NCBI RefSeq assembly: GCF_009914755.1
Contig: NC_060932.1
DNA: 64,000 nt
Strand: one strand, 5' to 3'
Source of the DNA: the human T2T-CHM13v2.0 reference genome, Homo sapiens
Part shown: positions 53,679 to 64,000 of the stretch, piece after piece
Numbering within the stretch: the stretch's first letter is position 1
Layout of the letters: every line of letters begins with the position of its first letter
Position numbers and translations under genes: made by a program
The notes under the pieces: model-generated
Seen by the model: the letters and a program-made list of their open reading frames with translations, nothing else
The model's database searches: none
What the model was told of the DNA's origin: nothing

Positions 53679-54349
53679 GAACTTAAGATAAACTTCAGTG
53701 TATAAAATGTCCATGTGTTTCCCAAACAGTGCCTTCTCTGAAGTACAAAGTTTCAAAAGTTATATAATTATATTCTATACTATACATACGATATATAATT
53801 ACATATACATCCTACAGTATATTCATTGGACACATACATAGATATAAACAAAGATCAAGAATAATGCAATTGTTTGCAAATGAGCTAAGATGGAATGCTT
53901 TCCTTTCCACGTAACTGTTTTTAAGAAGCATTAACTCTGAATGCCAATATTTCCTTCTAACTCAAAAAAGAAGAGCATACTTTAAAAAATGTTCAGTAGA
54001 AGATGCACAAAACTTCACCATGAAAGCATCGTCGTCATACTGGCTTTTCTTCAATGCCTCCTCATCAGACCCTACTTTCCTAGGCCCTAAAAGGACATCC
54101 ACACCCATGACTCTAGCGCCTGGCTTTCTTGGGAGGTTTCTTCTCCCGACCCTGGTGAAGCCTGATCTTGTTTTGTAGCAGTTGCCATAGGAGCAGCCCG
54201 TGTTGCAGGGCGACTCCATCCCTAAACAAATACATGCAAATAGCTGGGAAAGCAGACTTCAGCCTTAATACTTCAGACACCAAGGAATGGAAACGATCTA
54301 TGTAATTTAAATAGAATAAATGCCACTGGCCCCAAGGGAAGTGTGTGTT

Positions 54350-54880
54350 TATTTTTAAACACGATGCACCGCGACCCAGGCTTCCTGCACCACTGACTGA
54401 GCTTTCTGAGCCGGTACCTGCGTCTGTTGCACGGCGGGTTTAAGAACCTGAGCTGGCCAGAGGAGTTGGGGAAACAAACTAGCCCTGGTCCGGGCTTCTC
54501 TTCCTAGTGTCCTGGTCGCCTGCTCCTGAAGCGGTGAGCCACGGCCGCCGTTCGCACCCCGGGGCCGGGAGCTGCCAAAGGTGCTGGAGCTCAGACCCGC
54601 TTGCTCTGCGCCCGGCGCTCTGGCAGAACCCCAAGGCTGGGCGGACGGGTGGAGCCAGGCTCCGTGTCCGCGCTGATCGCCACCGCAGCACGCGGGATGT
54701 ACCTGTCCTGCCCTTGCGCCCTGGAAGGGCGCTGGAGAGCGCACGAGGCCTGCGCTTTCCAAGGACTTGTGGGCGGACGAGGGCGCGCCAGTTCCTCAGC
54801 CCGCCTGGTTCCTTTCCAAGAGCCAGGACGACAGAGGGAGGACCCGCGCCAGCTCCAAGACGGCTCTGCAAACTGGACAG
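54350..54880. promoter_or_regulatory. Orphan CpG-island-like element
   Basis: Abrupt GC/CpG-rich ~500 bp block in AT-rich surroundings; not recognisable as Alu, SVA or LTR; no coherent ORF. Confidence 0.65.
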
Positions 54881-55029
54881 TGAAGGAAAGCATCGCCTAA
54901 CCTTGAAAACAACAAACAAACAAATATGGATAAGAGCATCATAGTCCTGACTTGGTTTTGAAATACTAGTTTTCTATATTAGTATGTTATTAGTAGCCTT
55001 TTATTATTATTATGTTTAAACAGCATTAA

Positions 55030-55640
55030 CTTTGTTCTTAATTTGGGTTTTAGTTTTTGGGGGGCAGCTTTAGGTTCGCAGAAAAACTGAGCAGAAAGTC
55101 CAGAGAGCTCCCATGCATCCTCTCTTTGCCCAGCAGTTAGGCTGTTACCATCTTGCATTAATGTAGTACGTTTGTTACAATTGACAAACCAATATGGATC
55201 CATTATTATTAATTGAATCCATGGTATACATTAAAATTCACTGTTTGTATCGTACACTTCTATGGATTTTGACAAATGCCTAAAGTCCTCTCTCCATCAT
55301 TACAGTTTCATACAGAACTAGCTCCACTGAGCTAAAATTCTCCGGTTCTCCACCTATTCATCCTACTCTTTCACTCCTTCCCCAGCCTCTGGCAAACACT
55401 GATCTTTTTACTGTCTCCGTGGTTTTGCCTTTTCCAGAATGTCATACAGTTGGATTGTATGTCTGTAGCCATTTTTGACTGGCTTCTTTCATTGAGTAAT
55501 ATGGCCGTAATACCCCCCACATCTTTTCATGGCTGATAGCTCATTTCTTTTTAGCGCTGAGTAATATTCTGTTACCTGAATGCACCATAGTTTGCTTATC
55601 CATTCACACGCTGAAGGACATCTTGGTTGCTTCCAATTTG
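55030..55640 (-). mobile_element. L1MB/MC 3' end
   Basis: TTTAGGTTCGCAGAAAAACTGAGCAGAAAG...TTTTGCCTTTTCCAGAATGTCATA...GAAGGACATCTTGGTTGCTTCCA. Confidence 0.75.
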
Positions 55641-55986
55641 GCGTGATTCATGACTGGCCTTTTTTGTGTATCTGTAATTAAGAGATTACACATCAGAAGT
55701 AATCTTCACACAGTATTTATTAGCCAAACATGATAAGTAATGGCTTTCTGCAGTCAAACACACTGGACTCCAGAGTTCCTCACGTGTGGTTCTAATGCCT
55801 CCCTCCTCTGCATTCTCCCCTTGCACAGACTAGGCACACAGTGAAATATTTTTTGAAATTTAAATGTTATAAAAATGATACCCACTTCAGAACAGTTTTC
55901 CAACATGGAATATGTCCAGTGAGAAGTAAAAACTCACTTCCACACCAGCCCTATTCTTACTCTCAAGAGGTGACTACACTTTGTCA

Positions 55987-56370
55987 TTTTTTTAAGGTGG
56001 ACAGGAAGTAGGATTTATTGGTGGGCATTAGGAGGGGGCAGCACAGTAGAAGCCCTCATGAGTGCAGGGCCCACCGCTTGTCCGGAGGGTCACGATTGGG
56101 GGTATACTTGACCCCACAGTTATTGGGATAAGCTGCTTCTCAGCCATCATGTCTTCAAATTCATCCACACTGAACTTGGTAAAGTCCCACTTCTCTGAGA
56201 AGTGGATATTCTGGCGGCCAGGGAACTTAAAGTTGGCCTTGCATAGGGCCTCAATCACATGCTCCTTGTTCTGCAGCTTGGTGCAGATGGACATGATGAC
56301 TTGGCCAATGTGAACCCTGGCCACAGCACCCTGGGGCTTTTCAAAGGCACCTCGAATACCTATTCAGAGC
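55987..56370 (-). pseudogene. RPL10: RPL10 (uL16) partial processed pseudogene: last two exons spliced, 3'UTR and poly(A) (probably the locus catalogued as RPL10P19, from memory)
   Basis: ORF 56028..56324 ([26 protein letters not shown]...[13 protein letters not shown]) is RPL10-like. Exon junction at 56208/56207 with no intron; early in-frame TGA; 1-bp frameshift after LIP; parental stop 56058-56056; AATAAA 56019-56014; short A tail; 13-bp TSD. Confidence 0.93.
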
Positions 56371-56410
56371 ACTGAGGGTAGTGCAAGGTCAGAGACATGA
56401 ACAACCATAT

Positions 56411-56544
56411 GACTGTCTCCAAGGTCCCTTAGAGCAACCCATATAAGAAACAGGCTGCGTACACTACCAAGGAAGCTGCTGTTTGCAGCTTTTGCACACT
56501 GGGCCCCAGGAGGAAAGGAACTCCATCAGCTCAATTGGCTGCAG
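56411..56544 (-). ncRNA. SNORA70: SNORA70 (U70) H/ACA snoRNA retrocopy, full length (134 nt)
   Basis: Minus strand reads CTGCAGCCAATTGAGCTGATGGAGTTCCTTTCCTCCTGGGGCCCAGTGTGC...CAGCAGCTTCCTTGGTAGTGTACGCAGCCTG...TGGGTTGCTCTAAGGGACCTTGGAGACAGTC, matching recalled U70. H box ACAGCA at 56482-56477; ACA box at 56416-56414, 3 nt from the end. Expression unknown. Confidence 0.9.
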
Positions 56545-56715
56545 CCCTTTATCATTTTTACATGTAGCCTACTATCTGTTTCTTCTTCATATACAACCAT
56601 ATGTGTATATTACCTTTTTATGGTAACAAAATATATATGCCAATTGGAATATGTATAAATAATTTCTTTAAAAAGCACCTTGTATTATTAAGAAAATGCG
56701 TTTGAAAATAAAATC

Positions 56716-58988
56716 TGATATGGTTTGGCCCTGTATCCCCACGCAAATCTCATCTTGTAGCTTCCACAATTCCCATGCATTGTGGGAGGAACCCAGTGGG
56801 AGGTAATTGAATCTTGGGGGCGGGTCTTTCCCATGCTATTCTCATGATAGTTAATAAAGTTTACCTGCACAAGCTCTCTGGACATCCACGTAAGATGTGA
56901 CTTGCTCCTCCTTGCCTTCCACCATGATTGTGAGGCATCCCCAGCCACGCAGAACTGTGAGCTCTCCATTAAACCTCTTTCCTTTGTAAATTGCCCATTC
57001 TCGAGTACGTCTTTATCAGCAGTGTGAAAACAGACTAATACAGTAGATTGGTACCAGTAGAGTGGGGTGATGCTGGAAAGATACTCGAAAATGTGAAAAT
57101 GACTTTAGACCTGGGTAACAGGCAGAGGATGGAACAGTTTGGAGGGCTCAGAAGAAGAAAGGAAAATGTGGGAAAGTATGGAACTTCCTAGAGACTTGTT
57201 GAATGGTTTGGACAAAAATGCTGATAGTGATATGAACAATAAGATCCAGGCTGAGGTGGCCTCAGATGGAGGTGAGGAACTTGTTGGGAACTGGACCAAA
57301 GGTGACTTTTGTTATGTTTTAGCAAAGAGACTCGGTGGCATTTTGTCCCTGCCCTAGAGACTGTGGAACCTTGAGCTTGCGAGAGATGATTTAGAGTATC
57401 CGGGGGAAGAAATTTCTAAGCAGCAAAGCATTCCAGAGGAGACTTTCGTGTTGTTAAAGGCATTCAGATTTAAAAGGGAAACAGGGCATAAAAGTTTGGA
57501 AAATTTGCAGCCTGACAATGCGATAGAAAAGAAAATCTTATTGTCTGAGGGGAAACTCAAGCCAGCTGCAGAAATTTGCATAAGTAACGAGGAGCCGAAT
57601 GTTAATCTCCAAGACAATGGGGAAAATATATCCAGAGCACGTCAGAGGTTTTCACGGCAGCCCATCCCATCACAGCCCCAGAGGCCTAGCAGAAAAAGTG
57701 GTTTCATGTGCCAGGCCCAGGGTCCCTACGCTGTGTGCAGCATAGGGACTTAGTGCCTTGCGTCCCAGCCACTTCAACCATGGCTGAAAGGAGCAACAGT
57801 AGAGCTCAGGCTGTGGCTTCAGAGGGTGCAAGCGTCAAGCCTTGGCAGCTTCCATGTGGTGTTGAGCCTGCCAGTACACAGAAGTCAAGAATTGAGGTTT
57901 GGGAACCTCCTCCTAGATTTCAGAGGACGTAAGGAAACGCCTGGATGCCCAGGCAGAAGTTCGCTGCAGGTGTGGGGCTGTCATGGAGAACCTCTGCTAG
58001 GGCAGTGCAGAAGGGAGATGGGGGGTCAGAGACCCGACACACAGTCCCTACTGGGGCACTGCCTAGTGGAGCTGTGCCCAGAAGAGGGCCACCGTCCTCC
58101 AGACCCCAGGATGGTAGATCCACCAATAGCTTGCGCCATGTACCTCAAAAAGCTGCAAACACTCAATGCCAGCCTGTGAAAACAGCCGGGAGGGAGGCTG
58201 TACTCTGCTAAGCCATAGAGGCAGAGCTGCCCAAGACCATGAGAACCCACCTCTTGCATCAGCATGACCTGGATGTGAGACATGGAGTCAAAGGAGATCA
58301 TTTTGGAGCTTTAAGATTTGACTCCCCTGCTGGATTTCGGACTCGCATGGGGCCTGTAGCCACTTTGTTTTGGCCAATTTCCCCCATTTGGAATGGTTGT
58401 ATTTACCCAATTCCTGTACCTCCATTATGTCTAGGAAGTAACTAGCTTGCTTTTGATTTTACAGGCTCATAGGCAGAAGGGACTTGCCTTATCTGGATAA
58501 GAATTTGGACTGTGGACTTTTGAGTTAATACTGAAATGAGTTAAGACTTCGTGGGACTGTTGGGAAGGCATGATTGGTTTTGAAATGTGAAGACATGAGT
58601 TTTGGGAGGGGATAAGGGCAGAATGATATTGTTCAGCTCTGTGTCCCCACCCAAATCTCACCTTGTAGCTCCCACAATTCCCATGTGTTGTGAGAGGAAC
58701 CTGATGGGAAGTAATTGAATCATGGGGTGGGTTTTTCTCCAAGCTGTTCTTGTGATACTGAGTAAGTCTCATGAGATCTGATGGCTTTAAAAACAGGAGT
58801 TCGCCTGCATAAGCTCTCTTTGCATGCTGCCATCCATGTAAGATGTGACTTGCTCCTGCATGCATTCTGCCATGATCATCAGGCATCCCCAGCCACCTGG
58901 AACTGGAGCTCTCCATTAAACCTCTTTCCTTTGTAAATTGCCCAGGACAAGTACGTCTTTATCAGCACCATGAAAATGGATTAATACA
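56716..58988 (+). mobile_element. Full-length THE1B-type MaLR provirus (5'LTR 56716-57042, internal 57043-58623, 3'LTR 58624-58988)
   Basis: Both LTRs begin TGATAT and end TAATACA; polypurine tract before the 3'LTR; THE1-int sequence between; 5-bp TSD AAATC/AAGTC. Confidence 0.92.
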
Positions 58989-59754
58989 AAGTCAAATAGA
59001 ATATGTGTTTTAAATTATCTTTTTGGTATCTTCAATGAGAGAGAGAGACTTTTGATTCCTTTTCTCCAAAGTACAACTCAGTTTCATGATTCCTAGGGCT
59101 TCATTAAATTAATAAGACATTGATATCACTCCTGAGAAGTGGGAGAGTTGGGAAGGTGGCTTAGGTTGTCTCAACTTCAATTGCAAATTATTAGATCAAC
59201 CATTATTTGTATTCTCTCATTCTATCTTCTTCATAAAATCCCCCTATCTCAGGAAGCAGCTTGTCTCTTCTGTAACCAAAGTTCCACTCAGAATTGCTCA
59301 CTTCATTTTTGTGGAATAAAACGAATATTCCCAATTTTATTTTATTTTTCTACTTATGCTTTTTTTTTGTCAGGAGAGAAAATGAGTTAAAAAAAGTTTG
59401 GTTTTGATAGCTGAACTCAAAGCTAACTAAAAAAAATTAGAAAGGGAAAAAAGATTTTTAAAAAGTTTGATTTGATTTGTGGTTTTTCCTCTTACTGTTT
59501 ATGTGTCAAGGAGACTTTACATATCTAGTTATGGCAATATACTATTATTTGTATAAAGTTATATTGTATTTTCTATGTGGCTATTTATTTATTAATTTGT
59601 TATCAATATTCCGTTGAGCCTCAAAGAGGTGACACATACTGTTCTAATTGAATTCAGGTAACTTTTCTGATGATCTTATTTCAACCATGTAATTGTTTTA
59701 TTAAGCTATATATATATGTGTGTGTATATAGCTTAACCAATATATATGGATGTA

Positions 59755-60371
<617 letters not shown>

Positions 60372-60907
60372 CCTTAACAATCTATACAATAATCTGGTAA
60401 TTTCCCTTTGGAGTTGGCAATACAATTGCAGAAAGGGGTTGGATATTAACAGAAACTATTTCAAGTAATTGGGAACAATTGGCACTTGCACATCTTCACA
60501 TTTTTCATTTGCAAGGAGAGTAATAAAACCCCAAGTAATTACACTCAAATGGCCCTCCAGCTGTGTTCTTCTGCACACATCAATCACACCCTCTCAGTGT
60601 TCTAACAGTCAGATGGGCCAAATTGCCCATCTGACAATATGGCAATTTGGGAATATATCTACCAATTCTATATAACTCTTGAGAGAACATGAACAAGTAA
60701 ATCTGATAAAGTTCTTTTTATGTAAATAGGATTTATTTTCACAAAGATAAATTAAGAATTCCAATAACGATAGAGAGAGCTTGTTTCTTGTGACCCATTC
60801 TGTTGGCAGTCAGAGAGAAGAGAGGTCACTTCAGTTTTCTTATGACTGGGCTGGACGGCCCCCTGATTCTACTTGCAAGGCTTAAGGGAGAGAAGCCAAT
60901 TATTCAT

Positions 60908-61212
60908 TGTTTTTTGTTTTGTTTGTTTTTTAAGACAGAGTCTTGCTCTGTCGCCCAGGCTCGAGTGCAGTGGCACGATCTCTGCTCACTGCAACCTCCG
61001 CGTCTCGGGTTCAAGTGATTCTTACACCTCAGCCTCCTGAGTAGCTGGAATTACAAGTGTGCATCACCACGTCTGGCTAATTTTTGTATTTTTAGTAGAG
61101 ATGGGTTTCACCATGCTGGCCAGGCTGGTCTCGAACCCCTGACCTCAAGAGTTCCATCCACCTTGGCATCCCAAAGTGCTGGGATTACAGGCGTGAGCCA
61201 CCACACCTGGCC
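60908..61212 (-). mobile_element. Alu (S-type)
   Basis: TSD AATYATTCATT. Confidence 0.88.
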
Positions 61213-61504
61213 AATCATTCATTCTTGGCAGAGCCAAAGCCCAAGTCCAGTCATCAGGGGACAAGCATGGGCAGAGGGGACAGCACATACGAGGACTTTA
61301 GCAAGCTGGGGGTTCATTTCCTCAGCTGTAAAAAAAGACATTTGCCAGATGAAAAGAATCACACAATTCAGTAACCTGGGTGTCCAAAAGTATGACAAAT
61401 CTATGGTGCAACTGAGTTCTTGCTAGTGTTGGCATCTGAACTCTGTCACCTTGTTAGTTCCCATCAACACAGCTGCAGGACCTCAGTCCCCACATTAGAG
61501 TTCT

Positions 61505-62005
61505 CCTGGCTGTCAACAGGTGACTGGATAAACAAAATATAGTGCATACATATAAGGGAATATTATTTAGGCATGAAAAGGAAGGAAATTCTGATGCATG
61601 GTACAATGTGGATGGACATTAAGGACATTATGCCAAGTGAAATAAGCCAAACAAAGACAGACAAACATTGTACGATACTTTATAATTGTACAATATTTAC
61701 AAATTACAATTGTACAAATGTTGTCTAATAATTGTACAATATTGTACAAATATTGTCTAAGGTAGTCAGATTCCTAGAGACAAAATGTAAAATCAAAGTT
61801 GTCGGGGCTGGGGTAAGGGGAGAATTGAAAATTATTGTTTAATGAGTGCAGAGTTTCAGTTTGGGATGATGAAAAAGCTCTGGACATAGATGGTGGTGAT
61901 GACTGCACAACAATGTAAATGTACTTAATGCTGCTGAATTGTACATTGTAAAATTATTAAAATGGCGTATTTTATGTTATGTATATTTTACCACAATAAA
62001 AATAA
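61505..62005 (+). mobile_element. L1MB 3' end with internal TTGTACAA expansion
   Basis: TGGATAAACAAAATATAGT...GAGTTTCAGTTTGGGATGATGAAAAAGCTCTGGA...ATATTTTACCACAATAAAA. Confidence 0.75.
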
Positions 62006-62436
<431 letters not shown>

Positions 62437-62770
62437 CAACTTTCTTATATGAGTAAGTCCTCTACTTAGAAGTGTTTGAGAGAGGAGTCACTTATTCACT
62501 GCCATAGCTACCAGTGTCTCTTCTCTAACACACAGAAGGCTACTTCCTTACTTGCTACATTCTCCATGCTGCAAACGTTCTCATACACAGAATGGCACAG
62601 GTTTCCGTTTGGTCCTCCTCCCCGCTGCATGGTCAAGCTGTGTGTCCACAGAAAAATGACAAAGCCTCCCTCTCCCTGGGCTCTATGCCCCAATATGAAC
62701 CCTAAAGCAGTATGCTTATGTCTTGAGGCTCCTCAATTAACATTTAGAGCAGCTTCTGTGTCTAACTCAT

Positions 62771-63116
62771 TGTCTTGGTCTGCTTTCTGTTGCTATCACA
62801 GAATACCACAGACTGGATAATTTATAAACAATAGAAGCTTATTTAGCTCACAGTTCTGCAGACTTGGAAGTCCAGGAGCAAGGCACTAGTGTCTAGTGAG
62901 GCTTCTTGCTGTGTCATAACATGGCAAAAGGCAAGAGCCTGCCACCTCAAGTCTCTTTTCTTCTTATAAAGCCACTAGTCTCATCATGGGGTCCCTGTCT
63001 TAATGACTTTGTCTAATTCTAATTACCTCCCAAAGGCCCCACCTCCAATCAACATATGAAGCTGGAGATTAGGTTTCCAGTACACGGAATCTGGGGGGCA
63101 CATGCAAACCATAGCA
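62771..63116 (-). mobile_element. MaLR solo LTR (MST/MLT1A type)
   Basis: TTGCTATCACAGAATACCACAGACTGGATAATTTATAAAC...CAAACCATAGCA. Confidence 0.75.
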
Positions 63117-63643
63117 CCCATTTAACCACAGAGGCTCAAAACTCTTCCCAGAACCTCCATTGTCTTAACTTCTCTGGACTTTGGCACAGAAAACTCTGCC
63201 CAATGCATACTTTAGCTAAAACATAGCAGCAAACATGGCAGTTTATTCAAATAGAAATTTGGAGTAAGGATAAAGATGGCTAGATCCTCATTCCAAAACC
63301 TTAATTAGACTCAGCCAAGATAAACTAATCACGATTCTAAAATCTCGTATTCTTCCAGGAAGCTTCAGTTCACAGTAAGTACTGACAGTGCTTTTTCTAT
63401 TTCTTGTACAAATAACTAGCTGATATAGCTAATACAGCTATTGTTATTTATTAATGCCCCTCTGGGCAGTTCAGAACAATCTGTTAGAATATGCCGGACA
63501 TCCAGGTGGTCAAGGAGTCATCTTTGGGGTGATGAGATACAAGAGGGTGGAGCACAGGAGGCGCTGGATACTCTGGGAGCAGGGCAGCTGGAGGAGGTGT
63601 AAATGTTTCCGCTACACGCTTCAGGCTTTCTTTTGTAAAGACC

Positions 63644-63911
63644 TGTGAATTTTGTCCCCCAAAAATACATATTCAAGACCTAACCACTCGTACATGTGAA
63701 TGTGGTTTTATTTGGAAACAGGGTCTTTGCAGATATAATCAAGTTGAGATGGGGTCCTACTGGATTTAGGTGGGCTCTAAATCCATTGGTGTCTTAATAA
63801 GAGAAAGGAGAGTGAAATTTGGATACAGAGACAACAGGCACACAGAGGGGAAGGTCATGAGATGCCAGGTAGAATTTGGAGTGATACAAATATAAGCTAA
63901 AGAATGCCAAG
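63644..63911 (+). mobile_element. MLT1C-type MaLR LTR (partial)
   Basis: TGAATTTTGTCCCCCAAAA...TTATTTGGAAACAGGGTCTTTGCAGATATAATCAAG. Confidence 0.7.
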
Positions 63912-64000
63912 GGCTAGGCGTGGTGACACACGCCTGCAGTCCCAGCTACTCAAGAGGCTGAGATGGGCAGATGGCTTGAGTGCAGGAGTTTGAGATCAGC
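63912..64000 (+). mobile_element. Alu fragment running off window
   Basis: GGCTAGGCGTGGTGACACACGCCTGCAGTCCCAGCTACTC. Confidence 0.8.

Noticed and set aside
54355-54944. 100-146 aa ORFs over the orphan CpG island
   Set aside because: Present on both strands with Arg/Pro/Gly/Ala bias and no recognisable domain.
55979-56559. Functional link between ERI1 (small-RNA/rRNA trimming enzyme) and the neighbouring snoRNA/ribosomal-protein retrocopy
   Set aside because: Retrocopies integrate quasi-randomly; proximity alone gives no support.

Overview
Human (or very closely related great-ape) genomic DNA from the 8p23.1 region. The left quarter holds the 5' half of ERI1 (3'hExo/THEX1, DEDDh 3'-5' exoribonuclease) on the minus strand: a CpG-island promoter and coding exons 1-4 (14947-15054, 9978-10156, 6374-6584, 1715-1798; 194 codons). 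The gene continues off the left edge. The remaining ~48 kb is upstream intergenic DNA dominated by repeats: roughly 50 Alus/Alu fragments, L1PA4/L1M/L2/MIR, solo LTRs (LTR8, LTR39-like, MER21, MER51, MER39/34-like, MaLR), a full-length THE1B provirus and MER5/MER45/Tigger DNA transposons. Almost all other ORFs in the track are Alu/L1/LTR artefacts. The most informative non-repeat features are four: (1) a TSD-flanked retrocopy at 55979-56559 that starts at the 5' end of the H/ACA snoRNA SNORA70 and runs through the rest of the intron into spliced, polyadenylated RPL10 terminal exons, i.e. a fossil of a snoRNA-headed poly(A)+ RNA; (2) a candidate 54-nt poison exon just upstream of ERI1 exon 3; (3) a T26 tract forming the ERI1 exon 2 acceptor; (4) an orphan CpG island at ~54.4-54.9 kb. 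I found no evidence for a new protein-coding system. Repeat subfamily names come from recalled consensus sequences and need RepeatMasker/Dfam confirmation.
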